Assembly: GCA_013298525.1 (NCBI GenBank)
Contig: JAAFHW010000004.1
Span: 479-64,478, forward strand
Direction of reading: 5' to 3'
Source of the DNA: Flavobacteriia bacterium
GTDB taxonomy: Bacteria > Bacteroidota > Bacteroidia > Flavobacteriales > Flavobacteriaceae
DNA length: 64,000 bases
Shown: one piece after another, positions 9,582 to 18,329 of the stretch
Numbering within the stretch: the first letter of the stretch is position 1
Layout: each line of letters opens with the position of its first letter
Program-made: the position numbers and the translations under genes
The notes under the pieces: model-generated
Databases searched by the model: none
Seen by the model: only the letters and a program-made list of their open reading frames with translations
Told to the model about the DNA's origin: nothing

Positions 9582-10076
9582 ATGGAAAATAAATTTAAAG
9601 TTACAGTTCCAAAACCATGTCATGAAAATTGGAACTTAATGAATCCTACAGAAAAAGGAAGATTTTGTGATGTGTGTACGAAAAGTGTGGTGGATTTTAC
9701 GGACAAATCTTCAACAGAAATTCAAGAATATTTTTTAATAAATAAAAATCAACGAGTTTGTGGAAGATTTAGGAATGAACAAATAAGTAAGTTTGATATT
9801 AAAATCCCAATAACCGTATTAATTAAACAAAAAACATTTCAAAAAGCATTTTTATTAGCTTTATTTATTGCGATGGGAAGCTCACTTTTTAGTTGTAAAA
9901 ACCACAATGATGAAACATTAGGAGAAGTTTCAGTGGTTGACTCTACCAAACAAATTAAAGAAGAACCACAGAGAACGATGGGAATAATACTTCCACCAAA
10001 GGAAAAAGAAACACTTATAGGTGATACTATATATATTTCAACTGATTCAACAAAAATAAAGAAAATTGAAAAATAG
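9582..10076 (+). CDS. Hypothetical membrane-anchored protein with Cys-rich N-terminus
   Basis: N-terminal CHENW...CDVC cluster (zinc-ribbon-like), then one hydrophobic segment AFLLALFIAMGSSLFSC. No family recognised. Confidence 0.55.
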   Translation: MENKFKVTVPKPCHENWNLMNPTEKGRFCDVCTKSVVDFTDKSSTEIQEYFLINKNQRVCGRFRNEQISKFDIKIPITVLIKQKTFQKAFLLALFIAMGSSLFSCKNHNDETLGEVSVVDSTKQIKEEPQRTMGIILPPKEKETLIGDTIYISTDSTKIKKIEK

Positions 10077-10108
10077 AAATTTTCATTTTCATGTTGTACA
10101 TTTGCTAC

Positions 10109-11890
10109 ATGTCAGAAAATTTACTTCAAAACATCAATAATCCATCCGATTTAAAAAAATTGGAACCACCGCAATTGCCTCAATTGGCTAAAGAATTGCG
10201 TGATTTTATTATTGATGTGGTTTCAGTAAAGGAAGGTCATCTTGGCGCAAGTCTTGGTGTGATTGAATTGACAATTGCTTTGCATTATGTTTTTGATACA
10301 CCTAATGATTTATTGGTTTGGGATGTAGGTCATCAAGCTTATGGGCATAAAATCCTAACTGAACGAAAAGAAAATTTTCATACCAATCGGCAACTTGGTG
10401 GCATTTCTGGATTTCCTAAACGTAGTGAAAGTGTTTACGATACTTTTGGCGTTGGACATTCATCAACTTCTATTTCTGCCGCTTTAGGAATGGCGATTGC
10501 TTCTCAATTGAAAGTTGAAGATAAACATCATATTGCTGTTATTGGTGACGCATCAATTGCAAGCGGAATGGCATTTGAAGGATTAAATCATGCTGGAGTT
10601 ACGGATGCTAATTTATTGGTGATTTTGAATGATAACGCTATCGGAATTGACCCAAGTGTTGGCGCTTTGAAAAACTACTTAACTTCTGTAAAAGAAGGTA
10701 AAAATCCGAAGCAGAATAATATGATTAAATCGTTGAATTTTGATTATTGTGGACCAATTGACGGACATGATTTTGAAGTTTTAATTTCCGAATTAGAAAG
10801 ACTAAAGAAAGTAAAAGGTCCAAAATTTCTGCATATAATCACAACAAAAGGTAAAGGTTTACTGCAAGCGGAAGAAGATCAAGTAAAATATCACGCACCT
10901 GGAAAATTTGACAAAACTACTGGTGAAATCCATCCAAAATCGGAAGAACATTTGCCTCCAAAATTTCAAGATGTTTTTGGGTTGACTTTGGTCGAATTGG
11001 CAACAAATAATCCAAAAATTATTGGGATTACACCTGCAATGCCAAGTGGAAGTTCGTTAAAATTCATGATGAATGCTTTTCCTAAAAGAGCTTTTGACGT
11101 TGGAATTGCAGAACAACATGCTGTAACTTTAGCAGCAGGAATGGCAACGCAAGGAATGGTAGTTTTTTGCAATATCTATTCTACATTTTTGCAACGCGCT
11201 TATGACCAAGTGATTCATGATGTGGCTTTGCAGAATTTACCTGTAATTTTTTGTTTGGATAGAGCAGGATTGGTTGGTGAAGATGGCGCAACGCATCACG
11301 GAGTTTTTGATTTGGCGTATTTGCGATGCATTCCAAATATGATAATTTATGCTCCTAAAGATGAAATCGATTTGCGAAACATATTGTATACTGCTTCATT
11401 AGGATTGAATCATCCGATTGCTATTCGATATCCGCGCGGAAGAGGAAAATATTCAAATTACGAATTAAAAATTACGAATTACGGATTTCAGAATATTGAA
11501 ATTGGGAAGGCACATTTGCTGAAAAGCGGAACTAAAATTACAGTTTTATCAACAGGATTTATCGGTAACAATGTAAGTTTGGCTTTAGATAAAATTGCAA
11601 ATGCTAATGAAATTGCTCACTATGATTTTGGATTTGTAAAACCATTGGACGAAAAGTTGTTGCATGAAATTTTCAATTCATTTGACATCATAATAACTAT
11701 TGAAGATGGAGCAATCAAAGGTGGATTTGGTTCTGGAATTATCGAATTTGCATCTGAAAATAATTATAAAAATACCATAAAAACGCTCGGAATTCCTGAT
11801 GATTTTATCGAACATGGAACAGTAGAAGAGTTGCAACAAATCTGTAAAATTGACGTTAAAAGTTTAAAAAAGCTTTTTTCTACTATTTGA
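10109..11890 (+). CDS. dxs: 1-deoxy-D-xylulose-5-phosphate synthase
   Basis: Full-length match to Dxs signatures: GHLGASLG, WDVGHQAYGHKILT, thiamine-diphosphate motif GDASIASGMAFEGLNHAG, and the transketolase C-terminal part. Confidence 0.93.
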   Translation: MSENLLQNINNPSDLKKLEPPQLPQLAKELRDFIIDVVSVKEGHLGASLGVIELTIALHYVFDTPNDLLVWDVGHQAYGHKILTERKENFHTNRQLGGISGFPKRSESVYDTFGVGHSSTSISAALGMAIASQLKVEDKHHIAVIGDASIASGMAFEGLNHAGVTDANLLVILNDNAIGIDPSVGALKNYLTSVKEGKNPKQNNMIKSLNFDYCGPIDGHDFEVLISELERLKKVKGPKFLHIITTKGKGLLQAEEDQVKYHAPGKFDKTTGEIHPKSEEHLPPKFQDVFGLTLVELATNNPKIIGITPAMPSGSSLKFMMNAFPKRAFDVGIAEQHAVTLAAGMATQGMVVFCNIYSTFLQRAYDQVIHDVALQNLPVIFCLDRAGLVGEDGATHHGVFDLAYLRCIPNMIIYAPKDEIDLRNILYTASLGLNHPIAIRYPRGRGKYSNYELKITNYGFQNIEIGKAHLLKSGTKITVLSTGFIGNNVSLALDKIANANEIAHYDFGFVKPLDEKLLHEIFNSFDIIITIEDGAIKGGFGSGIIEFASENNYKNTIKTLGIPDDFIEHGTVEELQQICKIDVKSLKKLFSTI

Positions 11891-11927
11891 TTTTACGATT
11901 TTTGCGCAACTTTAACTTTTTTATATC

Positions 11928-12878
11928 ATGAGATTCTTCTTCAAATCTTCTGTTGTTTTACTTTTGCTACTTACACAAATCACTTTTTCTCAGGAAATTC
12001 AAACTAAGTTACCAGATACTATTTCTCATTGGGAAAAGAAGAATATGGTTGGTTTAGATATAAGTCAAATAGCATTTATGAATTGGAATGCCGGAGGAAA
12101 TAGTTCGGTTTCTGGTTTATTGAAAGGAAATTTTGTTAGAAAATACACTACAGATAATGTTAGATGGGTTAATGAGATGATATTTAAGTATGGTGTAAAT
12201 AAACAAGATGGTGTTGAACTTAGAAAAACGGATGACGCTTTTCAATTAAACTCCACTTTTGGATATAGACAAGACACTATTTCAAATTGGTATCATTCAG
12301 CTAAACTAAATTTTAACACACAGTTTACCAATGGATATTCTTATCCTAATACTGATAAAGCTATTTCAAAACCTTTTGCGCCTGCTTATATTTTTCTAGG
12401 AATTGGAGCTGAGTATTCCAATAAAGAAAAAAAGATTAATGTATATATTTCCCCATTAACTCAAAAAACGACTTTAGTTTTAGCTCAAGAATTGGCCGAT
12501 CAAGGTGCTTTTGGAGTAAACAAAGCTATTTATGATGAAAATGGAAATCTGATTAGTCAAGGGAAAAAATCTAGAACAGAACTAGGCTTTTTAGTTTCAA
12601 GCGGTTACAAAAAAGAAGTTTTTAAGAATATAGTTGTTGAAAACCGATTGAATTTATATTCAGATTATATAAACAAGTTTGGGAATGTTGATGTGGATTG
12701 GCAAATGCAATTTGATTTAGTTGTAAATAAGTATGTCAGAGCTAATATTGGAGCACATTTAATATATGATGATGACATTAAGGCAAAAGAGGAAATAAAT
12801 AATGTTCAAGTAACTGTTGGTCCAAAAGTTCAATTAAAACAAATGTTGGGAATAGGAATAATTTATAATTTTATATAA
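11928..12878 (+). CDS. Outer-membrane beta-barrel protein, DUF3078-like
   Basis: Signal peptide, alternating beta-strand pattern, motif ISQIAFMNWNAGGNSS as I recall for DUF3078, C-terminal aromatic residues. Confidence 0.65.
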   Translation: MRFFFKSSVVLLLLLTQITFSQEIQTKLPDTISHWEKKNMVGLDISQIAFMNWNAGGNSSVSGLLKGNFVRKYTTDNVRWVNEMIFKYGVNKQDGVELRKTDDAFQLNSTFGYRQDTISNWYHSAKLNFNTQFTNGYSYPNTDKAISKPFAPAYIFLGIGAEYSNKEKKINVYISPLTQKTTLVLAQELADQGAFGVNKAIYDENGNLISQGKKSRTELGFLVSSGYKKEVFKNIVVENRLNLYSDYINKFGNVDVDWQMQFDLVVNKYVRANIGAHLIYDDDIKAKEEINNVQVTVGPKVQLKQMLGIGIIYNFI

Positions 12879-12880
12879 AT

Positions 12881-12917
12881 AAAAAAGGCTTTCAAATTAA
12901 TGAAAGCCTTTTTTTTA
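12881..12917. terminator. Bidirectional terminator between convergent genes
   Basis: A-run, AGGCTTTCA, loop, TGAAAGCCT, T-run. Confidence 0.7.
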
Positions 12918-12931
12918 TTTATAACTATTAT

Positions 12932-15604
12932 TTAGTTTTTAATAATTTTTTGAGTGAAGTTAACATTGTCACCATTCACTTTTAAAATGTACATTCCAGA
13001 TTGTAAGTTGTTTAAGTTTAATGATTTCTCAGTATTGAAATCTTCATTTTTATATTCACTTACTATTCTACCATTGATATCAATAACCTGAATGTTTACT
13101 TTTCCAACGTAGTTGTTGATTCTTACATTAAGTAATCCATTTGTTGGATTTGGATAAATTCTGAATAACTCATTATTTTCAAAATAGTCAACGCTTAATG
13201 TACAGTTTGGACCTGGAGCGAAAGCAGTAAAGCTTTCAACTTGATCATCACAATCTTGATTACTTCCAGCTGATGCATTTAAACCAACACCTCTTCTTCT
13301 GAAAACTTCTGCAATCAAACAATAATCTTGTCCACCTGTTGTAGCTTGATCTGCTGCAAATAAAGCATCTCTAGCCGAAATAACAGTTGGACTACATGGT
13401 TGTAATTTAAGTCCGTCAAGAACTAATCTCATTACTTTATTGTTACCACCTGTTCCAGTATATTTATTATCATCATATCCATATTTTTGAATATAAGCCC
13501 AATTTAAATCCCAAAGAACTGTCGCCCAAAAATCACCATTTACATATCTATAAGATGTATCAGCAGGATCTGATGGTAGTGGAGAATTAGAATCTGCGTA
13601 CGTTAAAGGGTTTACCGACATATCAGTTGAATAAGGGTATGATCTTAAACCGCTTCCAGTAGTTGGTTCACTTAATACGAAAGTTGCAAGTCCTTTTGGA
13701 GTAGCACCTACATCACCTGGTTTAATCTGCATCATCATAGCAAACCAATCTGACCAACCTTCTCCCATTTGGTCATAATTTTGAAGACAACTTGAGTTTA
13801 ATCTACCACCAGCTAACCTAGTAGAAATACCATGACCAAATTCATGACTAATAATACCATTATCTAAATCTCCATCAGAGTTTACGAAAGGTTGTTTTTG
13901 TAATTTAACTGTAACTGGTCCATTTTGCATTTCAGCAATAATAGCTTCGCCAACTTCTTGTGTTACAAAAACAGCTGGAATTGTAATAGTAGCATCTGCA
14001 CCACTCATTGTAACAAGTTGATTAGCAACGTTATTTACAACAATTACTGCAATTGCACCAGCATTCTGTGCATTAATTACTTTTGAAACAAAAGTGCAAT
14101 CTCCTCTTCTTAAAATAACAATTTTTCCATTTAATGCTGCTGCATTCGATGCAGGAGTACAAGCTATAGATGTAGAAGGATCTGTATCTAAATATAATGC
14201 TAATTGTGTTTCAATTGAACCTGGAGCAGATGGAACAGGAACATTTCCTGGGTCGAAACCATTTTCAGCTGAATAATATTCTCCAGCGATTGAAGATGGA
14301 GATAGTACAAATAAAGATTTAGGACCATAGTTCCATAAATACATTTGCATTCTAGGTTTTGAACCATCAACAGGCGTCGAAAAGTTTGCGTTATTTGAAG
14401 TTGGTGTTGCAGCTTGTGAACCGTCTTGTGCGTCACCCCAAAGAGCATCTGCACCTGTACCACCACCAACATAGTTTGTTTGTTGGAAGTTTCCATTAGG
14501 TTCATTAAATCCATATTGATACCAAATATCATGTAAAACATTTGTCATGTAAAACAAGTTAGTAGTTGCAGCACTAATATATGTATCTGCATTTACTGTT
14601 GTGCCTGGGTAAGGAAAATCAAAATTTAATGCCGCACCACCATCTGGAGCGAAACCACTAGTGGCAGCATTTGTATTATGAGTTGTTGGGTTTACACTTG
14701 TATAATCAGCCCTTGCCCAAGTATTGTTACCTCTTGTGTAAGTATATTTTAAACTTGCAGTGTTTCCAGCAATTGTATTTGTATCATGCCATCCTTTTGG
14801 AGATGCAGTTGCATTTTCTGGATTTGTAACTAATTGTCTTGAAGTATGGTTTGGACTTTCAAAGTTGAAAGGAATAACTCTGTAAGAACCACCTTGTACT
14901 TGAAGAGGAGAAGCTAAACTTTCATCTTTAAATAAACTTTTGTAAAATGAAAAATCTGAAGAACCATGTTTGTGTCCTTTGTGGTTTTCAAAATTACATG
15001 AAATTACTAAGTCGTTTTTTTGAAGAATAGTTCCTGTAACAGCATCAACTCTCATGCTCCAAAGATGTTTGTAGTCTTGAGTGTAGAATGAATAATCCCA
15101 AGCCAATCTTAGAGTTTCACCCATTGGTTGATAAACAAGTTCAGCAGTAATAGGATCTTCTGTCAAGTTACCATTAGAAATTTTGAATTCATTATTGCTG
15201 ATAGTTTCAATAATTTGGTTGTTTGAACTTGTTTGGTTTACAGATTCAAATCCTTTATTAAGGGCATTTAAAACAGATAATGTTGGTGAAGTTGTGTTAA
15301 CTTTCTGAGCAACATTTGAAATAAACACTCCAGTAGAGTTGATTACTTCATCATTCTTCATCCAAATGTTTGAAACAGAATTAAAGATTTCAATTCCTTG
15401 ATGTCTTTGTTTAATCCAATAAGTATCAATTTTTGTTGATTCTGAATTACCTGTACTTTCAATTGTCCAATCACTTATATCTTGTGATGTAAGATTAAAT
15501 TTGGCTTTGTTTCTGTCTAAATAGCTTTGAATTTTCACTCTATTTTCTTGTGAAAAACTCAAAATTGTAAACAAAATCATCAATAGAGATGTAATTTTTT
15601 TCAT
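12932..15604 (-). CDS. Secreted M36 (fungalysin-like) zinc metalloprotease with PA domain and T9SS C-terminal sorting domain
   Basis: Signal peptide. HEFGH at 13832-13846 followed by GEGWSD (the M36 pattern). Internal PA-like insert (KIVILRRGDCTF). C-terminal ~80 aa FRIYPNPTNGLLNV...MYILKV typical of T9SS type A CTDs. Confidence 0.85.
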   Translation of the reverse strand: MKKITSLLMILFTILSFSQENRVKIQSYLDRNKAKFNLTSQDISDWTIESTGNSESTKIDTYWIKQRHQGIEIFNSVSNIWMKNDEVINSTGVFISNVAQKVNTTSPTLSVLNALNKGFESVNQTSSNNQIIETISNNEFKISNGNLTEDPITAELVYQPMGETLRLAWDYSFYTQDYKHLWSMRVDAVTGTILQKNDLVISCNFENHKGHKHGSSDFSFYKSLFKDESLASPLQVQGGSYRVIPFNFESPNHTSRQLVTNPENATASPKGWHDTNTIAGNTASLKYTYTRGNNTWARADYTSVNPTTHNTNAATSGFAPDGGAALNFDFPYPGTTVNADTYISAATTNLFYMTNVLHDIWYQYGFNEPNGNFQQTNYVGGGTGADALWGDAQDGSQAATPTSNNANFSTPVDGSKPRMQMYLWNYGPKSLFVLSPSSIAGEYYSAENGFDPGNVPVPSAPGSIETQLALYLDTDPSTSIACTPASNAAALNGKIVILRRGDCTFVSKVINAQNAGAIAVIVVNNVANQLVTMSGADATITIPAVFVTQEVGEAIIAEMQNGPVTVKLQKQPFVNSDGDLDNGIISHEFGHGISTRLAGGRLNSSCLQNYDQMGEGWSDWFAMMMQIKPGDVGATPKGLATFVLSEPTTGSGLRSYPYSTDMSVNPLTYADSNSPLPSDPADTSYRYVNGDFWATVLWDLNWAYIQKYGYDDNKYTGTGGNNKVMRLVLDGLKLQPCSPTVISARDALFAADQATTGGQDYCLIAEVFRRRGVGLNASAGSNQDCDDQVESFTAFAPGPNCTLSVDYFENNELFRIYPNPTNGLLNVRINNYVGKVNIQVIDINGRIVSEYKNEDFNTEKSLNLNNLQSGMYILKVNGDNVNFTQKIIKN

Positions 15605-15700
15605 AATTAAAGTTTGTAGTTTTTTTATAGGGTAACAAATCTAAATTAATTTTCATCTAAAAGCAACTATTTTGCTTGAAAATCATAATTTTAACAAATT

Positions 15701-17038
15701 TTATGCAGTAATTATTTTATTATATAACAAAGCTTTACCATCTGTTAGCATCGAAATGAAATGGCAAATGTGTAATAATCGTTCGTATAATGATTCTTTT
15801 TCAATATGATGTTTTTCGGGTAAAATCTTTAATAATAGCTTATCATAATTGGTAGCTTTTCCTTCATAATTATTATTGTAAGCCGTTATGAATTTATCTA
15901 ACAAATTATTAATCATCTGATAACCTGATAGTTCTTTCTCAATTACTTCACGACTTTGGTAGATATTTTTTACACTTAATTTGATAATATCATCAATTTG
16001 TGCTTTGTATTTACTTTTATCTGTTAATGCATATGGGAATTCACCTTTAAGAATTGCTTCTTCATTTTCTATAAATATAAGAACGGCATTGTTAATTAGA
16101 TTTCCAATGGCTAAAGCACGTAAATAACTTATTCTATCTTCTTTTGTAGTTAGTGTTTGATATTTATTAGTATCAATAGTATCTTTTACCAATTTGATTA
16201 AATATTCTAATGCATAATCTTCCGACACTAATCCGAGATTTATTCCATCTTCAAAATCAATTATAGTATAACAAATATCATCTGCGGCTTCCACTAGATA
16301 GGCGAGAGGATGTCTTTCATAACCAATATCATTTCCCGATTTGTTTGGAATTAATCCTAATTCATCGGCCACTTCTTTGAAAAATTCTTTGTCAGTTTGA
16401 AAGAAACCATATTTTTTATCCGCAATATTGGAAGTTGGTTTTTTAGGTAAACTTTCCTTGGGATATTTCATAAATGCTCCAAGAACAGCATAAGTCAATC
16501 GGATGCTTCCTTCTATTCCTGGTCGTGAGCTTGTTAAAACAGAAAACCCGTTAGCATTTCCTTCAAAATCGATTAAATCTTGCCATTCTTTATCGGTAAG
16601 TTGTTCTTTGTATTTTTGTCCTTTTCCGATAGAGAAATATTCACCGATAGCTTTTTCACCTGAATGCCCAAAAGGTGGATTTCCAATATCATGTGCTAAG
16701 GAAGCTGCAGCAACAATGGCTCCAAAATCATTAGCTTGATAACCATGAATTTCTTGTAAATGTGGATATTTTTCAATGATTTTCTTTCCAACTAATCGTC
16801 CAATTGAACGTCCAACTACTGAAACTTCTAAACTGTGCGTCAAGCGTGTATGAACGAAATCGGTTTTAGAAAGCGGAATGACTTGCGTTTTATCTTGTAA
16901 ACTTCTAAAAGCTGATGAAAAGATAATTCTATCGTAGTCAACTTCAAAGCCTAAGCGTGTATCGTCTTGTTCTATTCGTAGTCGTTTTCCTTTGTCGCCT
17001 TGACGTTTTAATGATAAAAGTTGTTCCCAGTTCATCAT
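15701..17038 (-). CDS. dgt: dGTP triphosphohydrolase-like HD-domain protein
   Basis: HD-domain motifs RLTHSLEVS and AHDIGNPPFGH, 445 aa, typical dGTPase architecture. Confidence 0.88.
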   Translation of the reverse strand: MMNWEQLLSLKRQGDKGKRLRIEQDDTRLGFEVDYDRIIFSSAFRSLQDKTQVIPLSKTDFVHTRLTHSLEVSVVGRSIGRLVGKKIIEKYPHLQEIHGYQANDFGAIVAAASLAHDIGNPPFGHSGEKAIGEYFSIGKGQKYKEQLTDKEWQDLIDFEGNANGFSVLTSSRPGIEGSIRLTYAVLGAFMKYPKESLPKKPTSNIADKKYGFFQTDKEFFKEVADELGLIPNKSGNDIGYERHPLAYLVEAADDICYTIIDFEDGINLGLVSEDYALEYLIKLVKDTIDTNKYQTLTTKEDRISYLRALAIGNLINNAVLIFIENEEAILKGEFPYALTDKSKYKAQIDDIIKLSVKNIYQSREVIEKELSGYQMINNLLDKFITAYNNNYEGKATNYDKLLLKILPEKHHIEKESLYERLLHICHFISMLTDGKALLYNKIITA

Positions 17039-17041
17039 ATA

Positions 17042-17071
17042 ATATTAGATTTATGATTTTAGATATTAGAT
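17042..17071. repeat. Two copies of the ATATTAGAT nonamer just upstream of the dgt start
   Basis: ATATTAGAT at 17042-17050 and 17063-17071. The same nonamer occurs three times at 47335-47364. Confidence 0.8.
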
Positions 17072-17515
17072 ATTTTTTTTCATGCAAATGCTAGTCTCAA
17101 CACCTTGATATTGCCCAAAGTTTTCTATGATTTTATATCCTAATTTTTGATATAAATAGATGGCATCTTTTTGCAAATGACCCGTTTCTAACAAAGCAGT
17201 TTTGTAATTTTCTTCTTTTGCCCAAGATTCTAATTCTGTTAAAACTTTAGTTGCAATTCCTTTTCCGCGGTGTTCAGGTAATGTAAACATTCGTTTCATT
17301 TCGGCAGTTTCAGCATCATATTCTTTGTAAGCACCAATTGCAATTGGAATTTCATTTTCATAGACAATCAAGGCATTTTTCAATAAACTTGATTTATTAA
17401 ATTGCGAATAAAAGGCATGATCTTCACCATCAAGAATTGCCAAATAAGCATCCAATTGGACTACGAGTTTTTCAAAATTGGGATTATCAGAGGTTGTTCT
17501 TTTGATGGTAAGCAT
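17066..17515 (-). CDS. GNAT family N-acetyltransferase
   Basis: Acetyl-CoA binding motif RGKGIATKVL and a GNAT-like fold pattern, 149 aa. Confidence 0.85.
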   Translation of the reverse strand: MLTIKRTTSDNPNFEKLVVQLDAYLAILDGEDHAFYSQFNKSSLLKNALIVYENEIPIAIGAYKEYDAETAEMKRMFTLPEHRGKGIATKVLTELESWAKEENYKTALLETGHLQKDAIYLYQKLGYKIIENFGQYQGVETSICMKKNI

Positions 17516-17520
17516 TGCAA

Positions 17521-17742
17521 TTATTTTTTATCATTTGCCAAAAAGAAATGGCGCGATTTTTTTGGATATTGATTGTAACTTTTATCACTCGGATTAGCAA
17601 TAACCGATTTGATATTGATTTCGTCACCCAATTTAAAATCCTTAGCAACCATCTGATAATCTAATAAATATTCGCCACAGAAGTAGTTTCCGTTTTCGTC
17701 TTTTTCTATAATTCCTGTGTAAACTCCTTTTTCTTTTGACAT
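17521..17742 (-). CDS. Hypothetical small protein (73 aa)
   Basis: ORF with ATG at 17742, 5 nt upstream of the GNAT gene. No recognisable motif. Confidence 0.45.
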   Translation of the reverse strand: MSKEKGVYTGIIEKDENGNYFCGEYLLDYQMVAKDFKLGDEINIKSVIANPSDKSYNQYPKKSRHFFLANDKK

Positions 17743-17767
17743 GGTATTTTTATTTGATTTCAAAGAT

Positions 17768-17806
17768 AATTAAAAAATAAAACAGCCATCGAATTGATGA
17801 CTGTTT
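17768..17806 (-). terminator. Rho-independent terminator after the thioredoxin-like gene
   Basis: Minus strand reads AAACAGTCATC-AATTC-GATGGCTGTTT followed by TATTTTTT. Confidence 0.55.
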
Positions 17807-17823
17807 AAGGTGATTAATTATAA

Positions 17824-18318
17824 TTATTTTTTATATTTAGCTATAATTTCTTTAATTACTTCGCTTGTTAACTCGTATCCTTTTTGTTGTGGCCAACCTT
17901 CCCATCTAACAATTCCATCTGGATCAATTAATACACAATGAGGAATTCCTTTTACAACATAACTATCGTTTAATCTTTTACTTGTGTCAATTGCGCTGTA
18001 ATATTCAATTTTAGGATTGATTTGTGTTAAAACCTTTTCTTTAGTTTCGTCACTTATTCCTATCACAATTAAATCTTTTTCAAATTCTTTTTGAAATGAA
18101 TTTAATTCAGGTATGGCTCTTTTACATGGTCCGCACCAAGTTGCCCAAAAATCTATTAATACAAATTTTCCTTTCAATTCAGGTTTGTCAGAAATCCACT
18201 CTTCAACAACAAAAGCAGGTGCTTCTTTATCTTGAAATGATTTTGCCCAAAGTCTTTTTTCTTGAGCTTCTGAAATCAGACTGAAAAACAAGAATAATAT
18301 AATTGTGATTTTTTTCAT
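17824..18318 (-). CDS. Secreted TlpA-like thiol:disulfide oxidoreductase (thioredoxin fold)
   Basis: Signal peptide MKKITIILFLFFSLISEAQ and active site WATWCGPC. Confidence 0.85.
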   Translation of the reverse strand: MKKITIILFLFFSLISEAQEKRLWAKSFQDKEAPAFVVEEWISDKPELKGKFVLIDFWATWCGPCKRAIPELNSFQKEFEKDLIVIGISDETKEKVLTQINPKIEYYSAIDTSKRLNDSYVVKGIPHCVLIDPDGIVRWEGWPQQKGYELTSEVIKEIIAKYKK

Positions 18319-18329
18319 TTACTTGTTTT

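Noticed and set aside
10097-10104. TACATTTG promoter-like box upstream of dxs
   Set aside because: It lies only 4 nt before the preferred ATG, so the predicted transcription start would fall inside the coding sequence. I did not report it as a promoter.
15701-17038. dGTPase as a possible anti-phage nucleotide-depletion defence gene
   Set aside because: It sits among core nucleotide-metabolism genes (nrdAB), has no mobile-element or defence neighbours, and has the standard housekeeping Dgt architecture.
17066-17742. Small ORF plus GNAT as a GNAT-toxin/antitoxin pair
   Set aside because: The small protein shows no ribbon-helix-helix or other DNA-binding antitoxin features. The GNAT looks like an ordinary small-molecule acetyltransferase. 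There is no supporting context.
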